Below are positions 36,092 through 45,307 of a DNA stretch of 64,000 nucleotides, in pieces. Each line of letters begins with the position of its first letter. Position 1 is the stretch's first letter. The translations under genes were made by a program, and so were the position numbers. Origin of the DNA: an uncultured Thermoplasmata archaeon (GTDB taxonomy: Archaea; Thermoplasmatota; Thermoplasmata; Lutacidiplasmatales; UBA184); assembly GCA_963735185.1 (NCBI GenBank), contig CAVTJV010000007.1:1239791-1303790 (forward strand), in the 5' to 3' direction. The notes below the pieces were generated by a model. It searched no databases. It was not told the origin of the DNA and was given only the letters and a program-made list of their open reading frames with translations.

Positions 36092-36843
36092 GGACTCGGA
36101 GGAGACTCCGCTCGCTCCCGAGGGACCGTGAACGGTCCGAGGAGATAGTAGCTCGCCACCCCGACGAGGAACGCCACGGAGGCTCCGTAGGCGAACTCGT
36201 AGAGCGCGGAGCCCGCGGCAAGATGGAACTGGAGCGGGACGAGGGCGAGCGCGGCGACCACCGCGGTCGCGGCCATCGGGCCGCGGAGCAGGCTCCCGCG
36301 GTGGACCTTCGGGTACCGAACCGGCACCACCATCATCACGGCGAGGACGGCGACTCCGACGAGTTCGGCGAGGGGTTGCACGGTCCAGAAGCCGGGTGTG
36401 TCGAGGAACAGGAGCAGCGCCACGAGCGCGAGCGCGCTCTCGGGGGTCGGGACCCCCAGGAACTCCCCGCGGTCGAACGCCCGGGCCGTGAAGTACGTCA
36501 ACCGAGCAACGGCGGCGGCGAGGTAGACCGCGGCGAGCGCCAACGCGAGCGGTTCCCACGACTGCCAGGTCGCCGCGGTCCCGTGGACGGCGATGAGGAA
36601 CGCCGGAGCGACCCCGAACGAGACCGCATCCGCGACCGAGTCGGCCACGCGACCGAACCGGGTTCCCGGAGCGGGGCTCCGGCGGGAGAGGATCCCGTCC
36701 AGTCCATCGAACCCGATCGCGCAGACGATGAGGAGCATCGCCCAGAGCTTGTTGCCGGCGAGGACGTAGAGGACCGCGCCCACCCCGAGGACCGCGTTCG
36801 AGAGCGTCGCGAGGTTCGCGCCGACGCGCCAGCGGTCGGTCAC
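36088..36843 (-). CDS. pssA: CDP-alcohol phosphatidyltransferase, archaetidylserine synthase-like
   Basis: The motif DGLDGILSRR-x8-GRVADSVADAVS fits D-G-x2-A/S-R-x8-G-x3-D-x3-D. It is a multi-TM protein. It overlaps the psd stop by 4 nt. Confidence 0.75.
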   Translation of the reverse strand: MTDRWRVGANLATLSNAVLGVGAVLYVLAGNKLWAMLLIVCAIGFDGLDGILSRRSPAPGTRFGRVADSVADAVSFGVAPAFLIAVHGTAATWQSWEPLALALAAVYLAAAVARLTYFTARAFDRGEFLGVPTPESALALVALLLFLDTPGFWTVQPLAELVGVAVLAVMMVVPVRYPKVHRGSLLRGPMAATAVVAALALVPLQFHLAAGSALYEFAYGASVAFLVGVASYYLLGPFTVPRERAESPPSP

Positions 36844-37469
36844 GGCCCTGTCTCCCGCGCGATCGAGCTCGTCCCCGCATGGACCCGGTCACCGACGTGC
36901 ACGACGGGGCTCGCGCGGTCTGCGGGCACGAGCACGTCGACCCGAGAGCCGAGCACGACCATCCCGAGGCGGTCTCCCTTCTTTCCGACGGACCCCACCC
37001 GGACGAAGGAGACGAGTCGTCGGGCCACGACCCCGGTGATCTGGACGACCTCGACCGTTCCGAGAGCGGTATCGAGACGGTAGTGTCGCTGAACGTTGCG
37101 GTCGGCGTCCGGTCGGTACGCGGCCCGGAACCCGCTCCCCCCGCTCTCCATCTCGCGTACCCTACCGTCGACCGGGAACCGGTTCACATGGACGTTGGTG
37201 ACGTTCATGAACACCGAGATCCGCCACACATCCCCCTCCCGGTCAACGGCGCGGACGCGCCCGTCGGCCGCGGAGACGACCCCCTCACCGACCGTCCGGT
37301 CGGGGTCCCGGAAGAAGATGGCGAAGAACGTCCATATGGCAACGCCCGCGAGAAGCCCCACGCTCCAGGGAAGCGTCAGAGGGACCGCCCGGACGACGGG
37401 AAGGGCGGCCAGGAACAGGAGGACCGCGGCGGCCGCTCCTAGGTAGCGGCCCGCGCCCGGCGCGAACAC
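36840..37469 (-). CDS. psd: Archaetidylserine (phosphatidylserine) decarboxylase proenzyme, short form
   Basis: The strings FFRDPDR, VHVNRFPVDG and the self-cleavage context GMVVLGSRVDVLVP are typical of the short Asd/Psd family. Confidence 0.75.
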   Translation of the reverse strand: MFAPGAGRYLGAAAAVLLFLAALPVVRAVPLTLPWSVGLLAGVAIWTFFAIFFRDPDRTVGEGVVSAADGRVRAVDREGDVWRISVFMNVTNVHVNRFPVDGRVREMESGGSGFRAAYRPDADRNVQRHYRLDTALGTVEVVQITGVVARRLVSFVRVGSVGKKGDRLGMVVLGSRVDVLVPADRASPVVHVGDRVHAGTSSIARETGP

Positions 37470-37473
37470 GCGG

Positions 37474-37785
37474 TCAACCGGTGAGAACGATTTCGATGTT
37501 GACGCCGTCGGGAACCTGGATCCGCATCACCTGGCGGAGCGCCCGTTCGTCAGCGTCGATGTCGATCAGCCGCTTGTGGATCCGCATCTCCCAGTGGTCG
37601 ATGGTGCTCGAGCCGCCGCCGTCCGGGCCCTTGCGTACGGGGACCTTGAGCTTCTTCGTCGGGAGCGGAATTGGCCCGGCGATCGCGACCCCGGTCTTCT
37701 GAGAGATCTCGCGGATCTGCTTGCAGATCGAGTCGACCTTCCGGGAGTCGGTGCCGCTGAGCGAGATTCGGGCCTTCTGCGGCAT
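37474..37785 (-). CDS. rps10: 30S ribosomal protein S10 (uS10)
   Basis: [24 protein letters not shown]...[23 protein letters not shown]...HKRLIDI is the uS10 signature. It follows EF-1alpha, as in most archaea. Confidence 0.9.
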   Translation of the reverse strand: MPQKARISLSGTDSRKVDSICKQIREISQKTGVAIAGPIPLPTKKLKVPVRKGPDGGGSSTIDHWEMRIHKRLIDIDADERALRQVMRIQVPDGVNIEIVLTG

Positions 37786-37830
37786 CGATAGTCCCTCCCT
37801 TCCGGCCTCGCCCGTCCGCCTGCGAGAGGC

Positions 37831-39108
37831 TTACTCGCGCTTCTTGAGGTCGACGACGACCCCGGCGGCGACCGTCTGCCCCATGTCCCGGACGGCGAAC
37901 CGCCCGAGCTGCGGGAACTCCTTGTACTTCTCGATGACCAGCGGGCGCTTCGGCGTGATCTTGACGACCGCCGCGTCCCCGGTCTTGAGCGTCTGCGGGT
38001 TCTCCTCGGCCGTTTGACCGGTCTTGGGGTCGAGCCGCTTCAGGAGTTCCGTGAACTCACAGGCGACCTGGGCGGTGTGGCAGTGGAAGACCGGCGCGTA
38101 CCCGACCGTGATGACGCTCGGGTGGTTGAGCACCTGGATGTTCGCCGTGAAGCTCTCGACCACGGTGGGCGGGTTCGAGGCCGGCCCCGCGACCTCACCG
38201 CGGTGAATGTCGTTCTTATCGATGCCGCGGACGTTGAAGCCGATGTTGTCGCCCGGGACGGCCTCTTGGACCGCCTCGTGATGCATCTCGATCGACTTTA
38301 CTTCCCCGGACTTTCCGCCCGGCATGAAGACGATCTTGTCGCCGACCTTGAGCGTCCCAGTTTCGACGCGCCCGACGGGGACGGTCCCGATGCCGGTGAT
38401 CGTGTAGACGTCCTGGACCGGGAGCCGGAGGGGCTTCCCGGTGGGCTTCTCGGGAACCTTCAGGTTGTCGAGCGCCTGGAGGAGCGTCGACCCCTTGAAC
38501 CAGGGCATGTTCGGGCTCGGCTTGTTGATGTTGTCGTCCTTGAACGCCGAGATCGGCAGGAACGTGACCTGTTCCGCGATCTTGAAGCCGATGTTCTTGA
38601 GGAGCTTCGTCAGCTCCTCCTTGACCTCGTTGTACTTGGCCTCGGAGTAGGCGACCTCCTGGCGGTCCATCTTGTTGATCGCGCAGATGATTTGGCTCAC
38701 CCCGAGCGTACGGGCGAGGAAGATGTGCTCCCGGGTCTGTTCCTGGACCCCTTCGGCCGCGGAGCAGACGAGCACCGCCGCGTCGGCCTGGCTCGTCCCC
38801 GTGATCATGTTCTTGACGAAGTCCCGGTGGCCGGGCGCGTCGATGATGGTGAAGTAGTACTTCTGGGTGTCAAAGCGGCGGTGCGCGATGTCGATCGTGA
38901 CCCCGCGCTCCCGCTCTTCCTTGAGATCATCCATGACCCAGGCGAACTCGAACGTCGCCTTCCCCTTCGCTTCGGCCTCCTGCCGGTACTTGTCGATCTC
39001 TTCCTGTCGGATGTATCCGGTATCGAGGAGGAGGCGGCCGACGGTCGTGGACTTCCCGTGGTCAACGTGTCCGATGAAGACGATGTTTAGGTGGGGTTTC
39101 TGCGCCAT
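37831..39108 (-). CDS. tuf: Translation elongation factor EF-1alpha (aEF1A)
   Basis: [32 protein letters not shown] and NKMD are present. The 425-aa protein is colinear with aEF-1alpha. Confidence 0.95.
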   Translation of the reverse strand: MAQKPHLNIVFIGHVDHGKSTTVGRLLLDTGYIRQEEIDKYRQEAEAKGKATFEFAWVMDDLKEERERGVTIDIAHRRFDTQKYYFTIIDAPGHRDFVKNMITGTSQADAAVLVCSAAEGVQEQTREHIFLARTLGVSQIICAINKMDRQEVAYSEAKYNEVKEELTKLLKNIGFKIAEQVTFLPISAFKDDNINKPSPNMPWFKGSTLLQALDNLKVPEKPTGKPLRLPVQDVYTITGIGTVPVGRVETGTLKVGDKIVFMPGGKSGEVKSIEMHHEAVQEAVPGDNIGFNVRGIDKNDIHRGEVAGPASNPPTVVESFTANIQVLNHPSVITVGYAPVFHCHTAQVACEFTELLKRLDPKTGQTAEENPQTLKTGDAAVVKITPKRPLVIEKYKEFPQLGRFAVRDMGQTVAAGVVVDLKKRE

Positions 39109-39275
39109 TTTCTAGGGCACCGGGCGCGCCCAGTTGGTCCTCCTATATAGGCGTTGTCTCCGCGCGCCTCCGAGAGAGACCGCGCGACCGGTTCCGGTGG
39201 GTGCGTCGAGCTACCGTCGCGCGAAACCGGGGAAAACCCGGACCCCGGCGTCGGTCGGGGCCCGGGCGGCGGGCG

Positions 39276-39707
39276 CTAAAGGTCGGGCATCAGGAAGAGC
39301 TCGTTGCCGTCCGGGTCGCGGACCGTCGCGTACCAGCCCCACGGCTCTTTCTTCGGTCCTTCGATGAACTCGACCCCGTTCGCCTTGAGCGCGGCGCATG
39401 CAGCGACGAAGTCGGTCCCCGGTACCCGGAGCGTGATCCCCGAATTCCCCGGCTCGAGCGGAGCGTTCGGTTCGAACTCGGACATCTGACAGAGGTGGAG
39501 CAGCCCCCCCTTCCCCTTGCGGCCCACGGCCACCCAGTGGTCCATGCTCTCGACCAGGTCGAGACCGAGGGCACCCGTGTACCACTCGGTCGCCTTCTTC
39601 CGGTCGGAGACCACGACCGCGATGGTCGCCACGTGCGCTTTCGGCAGCGATCCCTTGGCTCGGCTCGTTCCCTTTCCCTGGCCCTCGCTCTTGCTCTTGG
39701 TCGGCAT
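39276..39707 (-). CDS. VOC family protein (glyoxalase/bleomycin-resistance fold)
   Basis: The pattern VATIAVVVSDRKKATEWYTGALGL...GITLRVP...GVEFIEGPKKEPWGWYATVRDPDGNELFL is typical of the VOC beta-alpha-beta3 fold. Confidence 0.7.
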   Translation of the reverse strand: MPTKSKSEGQGKGTSRAKGSLPKAHVATIAVVVSDRKKATEWYTGALGLDLVESMDHWVAVGRKGKGGLLHLCQMSEFEPNAPLEPGNSGITLRVPGTDFVAACAALKANGVEFIEGPKKEPWGWYATVRDPDGNELFLMPDL

Positions 39708-39759
39708 AGATGACCTTCCGGTGGGGGGAGAAGCCTCCCCTCTCTTCAGGTGTCGGTAG

Positions 39760-39821
39760 GGTGATGAAACGGTTTCACCTCACCCCCACTTCAGGAAACA
39801 CTTATATCGAATAAACGATAT
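39760..39821. promoter_or_regulatory. Divergent VOC/PadR promoter region with two palindromes (GGTGATGAAAC-G-GTTTCA..TCACC and ATATCG-n6-CGATAT) and a TATA-like box
   Basis: TGAAAC (39765-39770) pairs with GTTTCA (39772-39777). ATATCG (39804-39809) pairs with CGATAT (39816-39821) and overlaps TTATAT (39802-39807), 30 nt upstream of the padR ATG. Confidence 0.35.
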
Positions 39822-39834
39822 CGGTATTCCGAGT

Positions 39835-40281
39835 ATGTGGGCGTACGCGTGGGGTTCGAAACGTCACCGTGGCCTTCGTGTCTGGGTGCTTCAGCTCCTC
39901 GAGCGAGGCCCGATGAACGGAGCCGAGATCATGGAAGAAATGGACCGAATGTCGATGGGTTGGTGGCGACCGTCCCCGGGCTCGATCTATCCCCTCCTCG
40001 ACCAGCTCGCCGAAGAGAAGCTCGTTCGTAAGCGGGACGACGGGCGGTACGAGGTCACAGAGGCCGCTCGCGGCGGACCGGACTGGATGCGGGGATGGAT
40101 GGGACGCGGGCCGCGGACCCCCCAAGACGCGCTCGCCGAGATGGAGGCGTACATCGCCTTCCTCGAGGACCTCGGTCGTGGCGGGAAAGGGGACCTCACC
40201 CCGATGGTCCCCCGTCTCAAAGCCGTGGCGAAGCGGCTCGACGACCTGGTCGACCGGTCGGCCCGGGGGAAACCGGCATGA
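39835..40281 (+). CDS. PadR family transcriptional regulator
   Basis: The winged helix is LRVWVLQLLERGPMNGAEIMEEM...RPSPGSIYPLLDQLAEEKLVRKRDDGRYEVT. A TATA-like TTATAT lies 30 nt upstream of the ATG. Confidence 0.8.
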   Translation: MWAYAWGSKRHRGLRVWVLQLLERGPMNGAEIMEEMDRMSMGWWRPSPGSIYPLLDQLAEEKLVRKRDDGRYEVTEAARGGPDWMRGWMGRGPRTPQDALAEMEAYIAFLEDLGRGGKGDLTPMVPRLKAVAKRLDDLVDRSARGKPA

Positions 40282-40571
40282 CGACCCGGGCGGACCCGAC
40301 CTTCTTCCCGGGACCGGCGGAGACCGGCCACTTCTTCCGAGGGCTCAAGGCCCGTATCGCGGCCACGATCGCCCTGCTCGTCGGAGGGCTCTGCTGGGTG
40401 ATACTCTACCTTGCCTTCCTCGCCGGGAAGTTCGCATGGTACCAGAACCTCGCTATCGTTCTGGTCTCGTTCATCGTCGTCCCGGTGGTCGTCGTCGTGA
40501 TGTGGATCTTCTGGGGGATCTCCGTCGGCCGTCGGTTCCATCGGGGGCTCTGGGACGACGAGTTTCCCTGA
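40278..40571 (+). CDS. Small membrane protein co-transcribed with PadR (2-3 TM)
   Basis: The ATG overlaps the padR stop (ATGA). Helices are IAATIALLVGGLCWVILYLAFLAG and LAIVLVSFIVVPVVVVVMWIFWGI. Confidence 0.55.
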   Translation: MTTRADPTFFPGPAETGHFFRGLKARIAATIALLVGGLCWVILYLAFLAGKFAWYQNLAIVLVSFIVVPVVVVVMWIFWGISVGRRFHRGLWDDEFP

Positions 40572-40617
40572 GCGTTCCTTCCGAGAGCTCTCGCTTCCGG
40601 TTCCCCGAGGGCGGACG

Positions 40618-41184
40618 ATGACCGCAAGCTACCGACCGTCGCGACGGGATCGGTTCCGGATCCGGGCGCGGCGGGCGCTCCTCGAGCGTCTGCGCTCGCG
40701 GGTCGAACCGGAAGGGACCCGCTTACTCGACCTCGGTGGGGGCACCGGAGCGACCACGGTGACGTTCGGAACGGGGGCCCGGGAACTGGTGGTCCTCGAA
40801 CCGGACGCTCGGAAGGTCTCGCGCGGACGCGCCGCGGGCGCTCCCGTGACGTTCGTCCCGGGGGTTGCGGAGGCGCTCCCGTACGGCGACGGTCGGTTCG
40901 ACCGGGTGGTCTCCCTCCTGTCGTTCCACCACTTCTCCCATGCGGACGTCGCGCTCCGGGAGGTCGCGAGGGTGCTCGGGCCGGGGGGTCGGCTCGTGGT
41001 GTACGACTTCGACCGGTCGACCCTGTCGGGTCGGTGGGTCGCCTTCTTCGAGGGGCACGTTGCCCGTCACCCGATGCGTTTCGTCACGGCGGCCGACCTC
41101 GAGCGGCAGGTCCGGGCTGCCGGATTCCGCAGAACGCGCCGGGAGTCGTTCGGGTCGGGAGCGTTCGTCGTCGCGGAGCGATGA
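40618..41184 (+). CDS. Class I SAM-dependent methyltransferase (Methyltransf_11-like)
   Basis: The SAM motif is LLDLGGGTGATT. Post-I and post-II motifs are FDRVVSLLSFHHF...VLGPGGRLVVYDF. Confidence 0.75.
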   Translation: MTASYRPSRRDRFRIRARRALLERLRSRVEPEGTRLLDLGGGTGATTVTFGTGARELVVLEPDARKVSRGRAAGAPVTFVPGVAEALPYGDGRFDRVVSLLSFHHFSHADVALREVARVLGPGGRLVVYDFDRSTLSGRWVAFFEGHVARHPMRFVTAADLERQVRAAGFRRTRRESFGSGAFVVAER

Positions 41185-41374
41185 AGATGCTGCGCGTGGC
41201 GAAACCGCTTTAGAGGGCTGTCCCGTCGGTCGCCCGGTCTCTCTCGGGCCGACTCGCACCCGTGCCGCCCCTCGTGGTCGAAGCGCGGAGGAGCGCCTCC
41301 GGTTCGACGAAGGTCGGCGGAGAATGGAAGAACGCCGGCGGACTCGGCCCCTGCGACCGAAGTAGGAGAGTTCG

Positions 41375-41833
41375 ATGCTCTGTGAGATGTGCGGCAAGGA
41401 AGTTCCGCTGACGAGCCGGGTCCGCCTCGAACGCTCGGTCCTTTCCCTCTGCCCCGAGTGCGCCCATTTCGGCACCCTCGTCGACCCGGTCCCGGCCCCC
41501 GCGACCGCGCCGTCCGCCGACGGTACGCGGTTCCGACCCGGGATGGGCGTCACCCACCCTTCGGGTCCCCGGCGCCGTTTGGAGGAACGGGACCTCTACC
41601 AGGAGATCGGGGAGATGGAGCTCGCTCCGGATTGGGGCAAGCGCATCCGCCTCGCGCGGGAGGCCCGCCAGTGGACCCCCGAGGTCTTGGGAAAGAAGCT
41701 GAACGAGAAGAAGTCGGTCGTCCTCAAGATCGAGTCGGGGAGCTTCCGCCCGCCCGACGCGCTCGTGCGCAAGATCGAGCACGTGCTCCAAGTCCGCCTG
41801 CGCGCCGAGCCCGAGTCCGCGGGTCAGACCTGA
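41375..41833 (+). CDS. mbf1: Archaeal multiprotein bridging factor 1 (aMBF1): Zn-ribbon plus HTH-XRE
   Basis: The N-terminus is CEMCGKEV...CPECAHFG. The C-terminal HTH is IRLAREARQWTPEVLGKKLNEKKSVVLKIESGSFRP. Confidence 0.8.
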   Translation: MLCEMCGKEVPLTSRVRLERSVLSLCPECAHFGTLVDPVPAPATAPSADGTRFRPGMGVTHPSGPRRRLEERDLYQEIGEMELAPDWGKRIRLAREARQWTPEVLGKKLNEKKSVVLKIESGSFRPPDALVRKIEHVLQVRLRAEPESAGQT

Positions 41834-42225
41834 CCCGAACCCGGTCCATCCAGAAGCGACGCGTCGTTCTCCTCTTCCGACGTCCCCGGATACCGTCTCC
41901 GGGCGTGGGGAGAGGCCGCGGTGGGCCGACCGACGTCCCGTTCGAAACCGACCGGCGAGCCGACCTCCGCGCGGGTGAAGCCATCGGATTCCCGTCCTTC
42001 TCGGGCGAGCCGAAGGTCGTCGGAGTAGCTTGCGAGCATCCCCTCCGACCAGCCGAGGTACACCGCGCCGAGGGCTCCGAGTGCCACGACCGACGCGAGC
42101 CCGGCGAACGGGATCGGGACCTCAAGACCGAACCCGGCCAGCAGGACGACCGCGGCGACCACCGTCCAGAGTGCCCGACGTACGTCCCGGTGGGCGCGTC
42201 GGTCCCGGTGGGAGTATGCGTCCAC
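41824..42225 (-). CDS. Hypothetical 2-TM membrane protein
   Basis: Helices are LWTVVAAVVLLAGFGL and FAGLASVVALGALGAVYLGW. No family is recognised. Confidence 0.45.
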   Translation of the reverse strand: MDAYSHRDRRAHRDVRRALWTVVAAVVLLAGFGLEVPIPFAGLASVVALGALGAVYLGWSEGMLASYSDDLRLAREGRESDGFTRAEVGSPVGFERDVGRPTAASPHARRRYPGTSEEENDASLLDGPGSGQV

Positions 42226-42252
42226 GGACCGGACCCGGCCTCGGGAGGGTTC

Positions 42253-43227
42253 TCACCGAGATCGCCGGGGCTTGCCCCGGGGAACGAGGAGATGCTCAAG
42301 GATCGCCTTCTGCGCGTGCAGCCGATTCTCCGCCTGGTCCCACGCGGCGGACTGAGGTCCGTCCAGGACCGAGTCGGTGATCTCCTGGCCGCGATGGGCG
42401 GGCAGGTCGTGGAGGACGAACGCCGTCGGCTTCGCGAGCTCGACGAGCGCGTCGTTCACTTGGAACCCGCGGAACGCCGCCTCGCGGGCCGCGGTCTCCG
42501 CCTCCTCGCCCATCGAGACCCAGACGTCGGTGTAGATCGCGTCGGCCCCCCGTGCCGCCTCCTTGGGGTCGGTCGTGAACGTGAGCGTCGCCTTCGACCG
42601 TTGGGCGAGCACCTCCGCGGCCCGGACGTACTCGGGCTGGGGCCGGTACCCGGCCGGGGTCGCGACCGACAGGTCGAGGCCGACCGCGGCCGCCCCGAGC
42701 AGGAGGGAGTGGAGGACGTTGTTTCCGTCCCCGACCCATGCCAGGCGGTGATGGGCGAACCGGCCGGCCCAACGCTCGCGCATCGTCAATAGGTCCGCCG
42801 TGATCTGGCAGGGATGTTCCATGTCGTCGAGTGCGTTGATGACAGGAACGGTCGCCCAGCGTGCGAGCTCGAGCATGTCGGCGTGCCGGAACGCCCGGTA
42901 GCAGATCGCGTCCACGAACCGAGAGAGGACGCGGGCGGTGTCGGCGATCGTCTCACCGCGCCCGAGCTGCAGGTCCTTCGAGGAAAGGTAGAGGGAGTGA
43001 CCGCCGAGGTCGTTCATCGCCACCTCGAAGGAGGTGCGCGTGCGGGTGGACGGCTTCTCGAAGATCATCGCGAGGTTCTTCCCGGCGAGCGTCGGCTTGA
43101 GGACCCCCCGGGCGCGCTCGGCCTTCAGGACCGCGGCGCGGACGAGGACTCGGTCGAGGTCCTCGGCGAGGTCGGAGATCGAGAGCAGGTCGTTCGGGGC
43201 AGGATGGGGCGCCATCGGAGGGAGCAC
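42253..43227 (-). CDS. argF: Ornithine carbamoyltransferase
   Basis: The strings FEKPSTRTRTSFEVA, MEHPCQ, DVWVSMGEE and HDLPAHRGQE (the HCLP-type motif) are OTCase signatures. Confidence 0.9.
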   Translation of the reverse strand: MLPPMAPHPAPNDLLSISDLAEDLDRVLVRAAVLKAERARGVLKPTLAGKNLAMIFEKPSTRTRTSFEVAMNDLGGHSLYLSSKDLQLGRGETIADTARVLSRFVDAICYRAFRHADMLELARWATVPVINALDDMEHPCQITADLLTMRERWAGRFAHHRLAWVGDGNNVLHSLLLGAAAVGLDLSVATPAGYRPQPEYVRAAEVLAQRSKATLTFTTDPKEAARGADAIYTDVWVSMGEEAETAAREAAFRGFQVNDALVELAKPTAFVLHDLPAHRGQEITDSVLDGPQSAAWDQAENRLHAQKAILEHLLVPRGKPRRSR

Positions 43228-43300
43228 CGTCCGACCGCGTTAAACGGTTCTGGGGCCGAGCCCCCCGGGCGCCCATGCGAAGGTTATGAAGGCGACCTGA

Positions 43301-44749
43301 TTGCCGCGGACCGAGGGAGTACCTGTGCCCGCTCGCGCGAAGAAGAGTTCGAAGCGTTCCCCGACCCGACCGACCCGAGCCCGAACGTCCCCCGCTCGAG
43401 GGCGGCGGGTCTACATCGTCTCGGGCGGGGTCACGAAGTTCGCGAAGGCCCATCCGGCGATGGACTTCCGGTTGATGGTCAAGCGAGCGTACGACTACGC
43501 GCTCAAGGGGGTCCCGAACCTCACGGCCGACCGGATCGACGGGACCCGGATCTCCTACTTCTCGGACCACTTCACCCGGCAGCTCAAGGCCGCGAGCATG
43601 GTCCAGGATTACCTCGGCCTGAACCCGAAGGGGTCGGTCCGGATCGAGTGGGGCGGGGCCACCGGCGGGGAGTGCGTCCAGGCCGCGTACGAAGCGGTCG
43701 CGAGCGGACGGATGGACGTCTGCCTCGCGGCCGGCTTCGAGACGATGAGCCGGGTCAACACCTGGAAGGGGAACGAGTTCATCGCGCTCGCCTCGGACAC
43801 GAACTTCGACTTCCCGCTCGGCGGCTTCTACACCGGCTACTACGCGCTGATGGTCATGCGCCACATCTACGAGTACCTGCGTCTCGGCAAATTCGCGAAC
43901 GTCCGCGACGAACGGGAGGCCCAGCGCCTCGCAATCGCCGAGGGGAGCCGCATCATGAGCCTCGTTTCGGTGAAGAACCACCGCAACGCGCTCCACAACC
44001 CGTACGCGCAGTACCCGAAGCGCCTCACCGTCGAGGACGTCCTCCACTCGGAGATGATCAGCTATCCGCTGACGCGCGAGCAGATCTGCACGATGAGCGA
44101 CGGGGCGGCATGCGTCATCCTGTGCGACGAGCAACGCGCGAAGGAGTTCACCGATAAGCCCGTGCAGGTCACGGGCGTCGGCTGCGGCACCGACACGATG
44201 CGTCTCTCCGACCGACCGTTCGGCCGCGTCCCGCTCCTCCCGCACGAGAAGGCGAAGGGGTACGAGAACCTCCCCTACCCCGGCGTACACTCGTTCCGCG
44301 CGGGCCGCACCGCCGGGATCGAAGCGTATCGGATGGCGGGGATCACGAAACCGACCCAGGAGCTCTCCTTCGTCGAGCTCCACGACGCCTACGCTTCGAG
44401 CGAGATCCAGACGTACGAGGACCTCGGGCTCTGCCGGTACGGTGAGGGGTACGAGTTCGTCGAACGGGGCGACCCGTTCCTGAAGGGGATCGACTACGGC
44501 TTCCCGGTCCCCCGCGCGGGGGCGAGCCCGGTTAATCCGTCCGGCGGCCTCATCGCCTGCGGCCACCCGGTTGGGGCGACCGGCCTCATGCAGGCGGTCT
44601 TCGCGTTCTGGCAACTGCAGGGAACGATCCCGAAGCACTTCGGGGACCCGGCGCTCCAGCTGCCCAACCCGCGGCGCGGCGCCATCCACAGCCACGCGGG
44701 GACGGGCTCGGCCGTGACCGTTTCGATCCTCGAGCGGGGGTTCCGATGA
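43301..44749 (+). CDS. Thiolase-fold protein (SCP-x/archaeal thiolase-like) lacking the nucleophilic cysteine
   Basis: VYIVSGGVTKFAK..., ...VRIEWGGATGGECVQAAYEAVASGRMDVCLAAGFETMS (where thiolases have RVExACASG) and the C-terminal VNPSGGLIACGHPVGATGL support the fold. The basic N-terminal leader makes the exact start uncertain (TTG 43301). It overlaps the DUF35 gene by 4 nt. Confidence 0.75.
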   Translation: MPRTEGVPVPARAKKSSKRSPTRPTRARTSPARGRRVYIVSGGVTKFAKAHPAMDFRLMVKRAYDYALKGVPNLTADRIDGTRISYFSDHFTRQLKAASMVQDYLGLNPKGSVRIEWGGATGGECVQAAYEAVASGRMDVCLAAGFETMSRVNTWKGNEFIALASDTNFDFPLGGFYTGYYALMVMRHIYEYLRLGKFANVRDEREAQRLAIAEGSRIMSLVSVKNHRNALHNPYAQYPKRLTVEDVLHSEMISYPLTREQICTMSDGAACVILCDEQRAKEFTDKPVQVTGVGCGTDTMRLSDRPFGRVPLLPHEKAKGYENLPYPGVHSFRAGRTAGIEAYRMAGITKPTQELSFVELHDAYASSEIQTYEDLGLCRYGEGYEFVERGDPFLKGIDYGFPVPRAGASPVNPSGGLIACGHPVGATGLMQAVFAFWQLQGTIPKHFGDPALQLPNPRRGAIHSHAGTGSAVTVSILERGFR

Positions 44750-45273
44750 GCGCGCGTCCCCGCAGCTTTGCGAAGTTCCGTGAAGTTCAGGCGGAGCTCG
44801 AGCAGAGCGGCGCGGCGATCTTCCGGGACGCTGACGGGGTCGAGAGCCTCCTCATCCGCAACCCGTACTCGATCACGTACATTCACAGCTACGCCGAGGA
44901 CTCTCCGTTCTTCCTCGGACTCGCCGAAGGGCGGCTGCGCGGGTCGAAGTGCCGCAAGCCGAAATGCGGTTTCGTCTATGGGACGCCGCGCAGCCACTGT
45001 ATGGTCTGCGGCGCTCCGACGGAGTGGGTCGACCTCCCCACCCAGGGTCGAGTCCATTCCTGGACGACGTGCCACTTCTCCGGGGAGCTGTTCCTGAAGG
45101 AGACGCCGTACAACCTCGCGCTCGTCGAGTTCGACGGGGTCGGGAGCCTGTTGCTCGTCCGTCTCCGCGACTGCGCCGAGTCGGAGATCTACGTCGGGAT
45201 GCCGATCGAGGCACGGTTCGAGCCGAACCCGAAGTTCTCGATCACGGACGTCTGGTTCGTCCCGTCCAAGTAA
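44746..45273 (+). CDS. DUF35 OB-fold / rubredoxin-like zinc ribbon protein (thiolase partner)
   Basis: The zinc ribbon CRKPKCGFVYGTPRSHCMVCG is followed by an OB-fold (GRVHSWTTCH...LVEFDGVGSLLLVRL). The ATGA overlap indicates coupling with the thiolase-like gene. Confidence 0.8.
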   Translation: MSARPRSFAKFREVQAELEQSGAAIFRDADGVESLLIRNPYSITYIHSYAEDSPFFLGLAEGRLRGSKCRKPKCGFVYGTPRSHCMVCGAPTEWVDLPTQGRVHSWTTCHFSGELFLKETPYNLALVEFDGVGSLLLVRLRDCAESEIYVGMPIEARFEPNPKFSITDVWFVPSK

Positions 45274-45307
45274 CCCGTCCGTCGGCCGCGCGGGCTCTCC
45301 GTCCCGG

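Noticed and set aside
42953-44695. 580-aa minus-strand ORF
   Set aside because: It is antisense to the thiolase-fold gene and overlaps argF out of frame. There is no recognisable domain.
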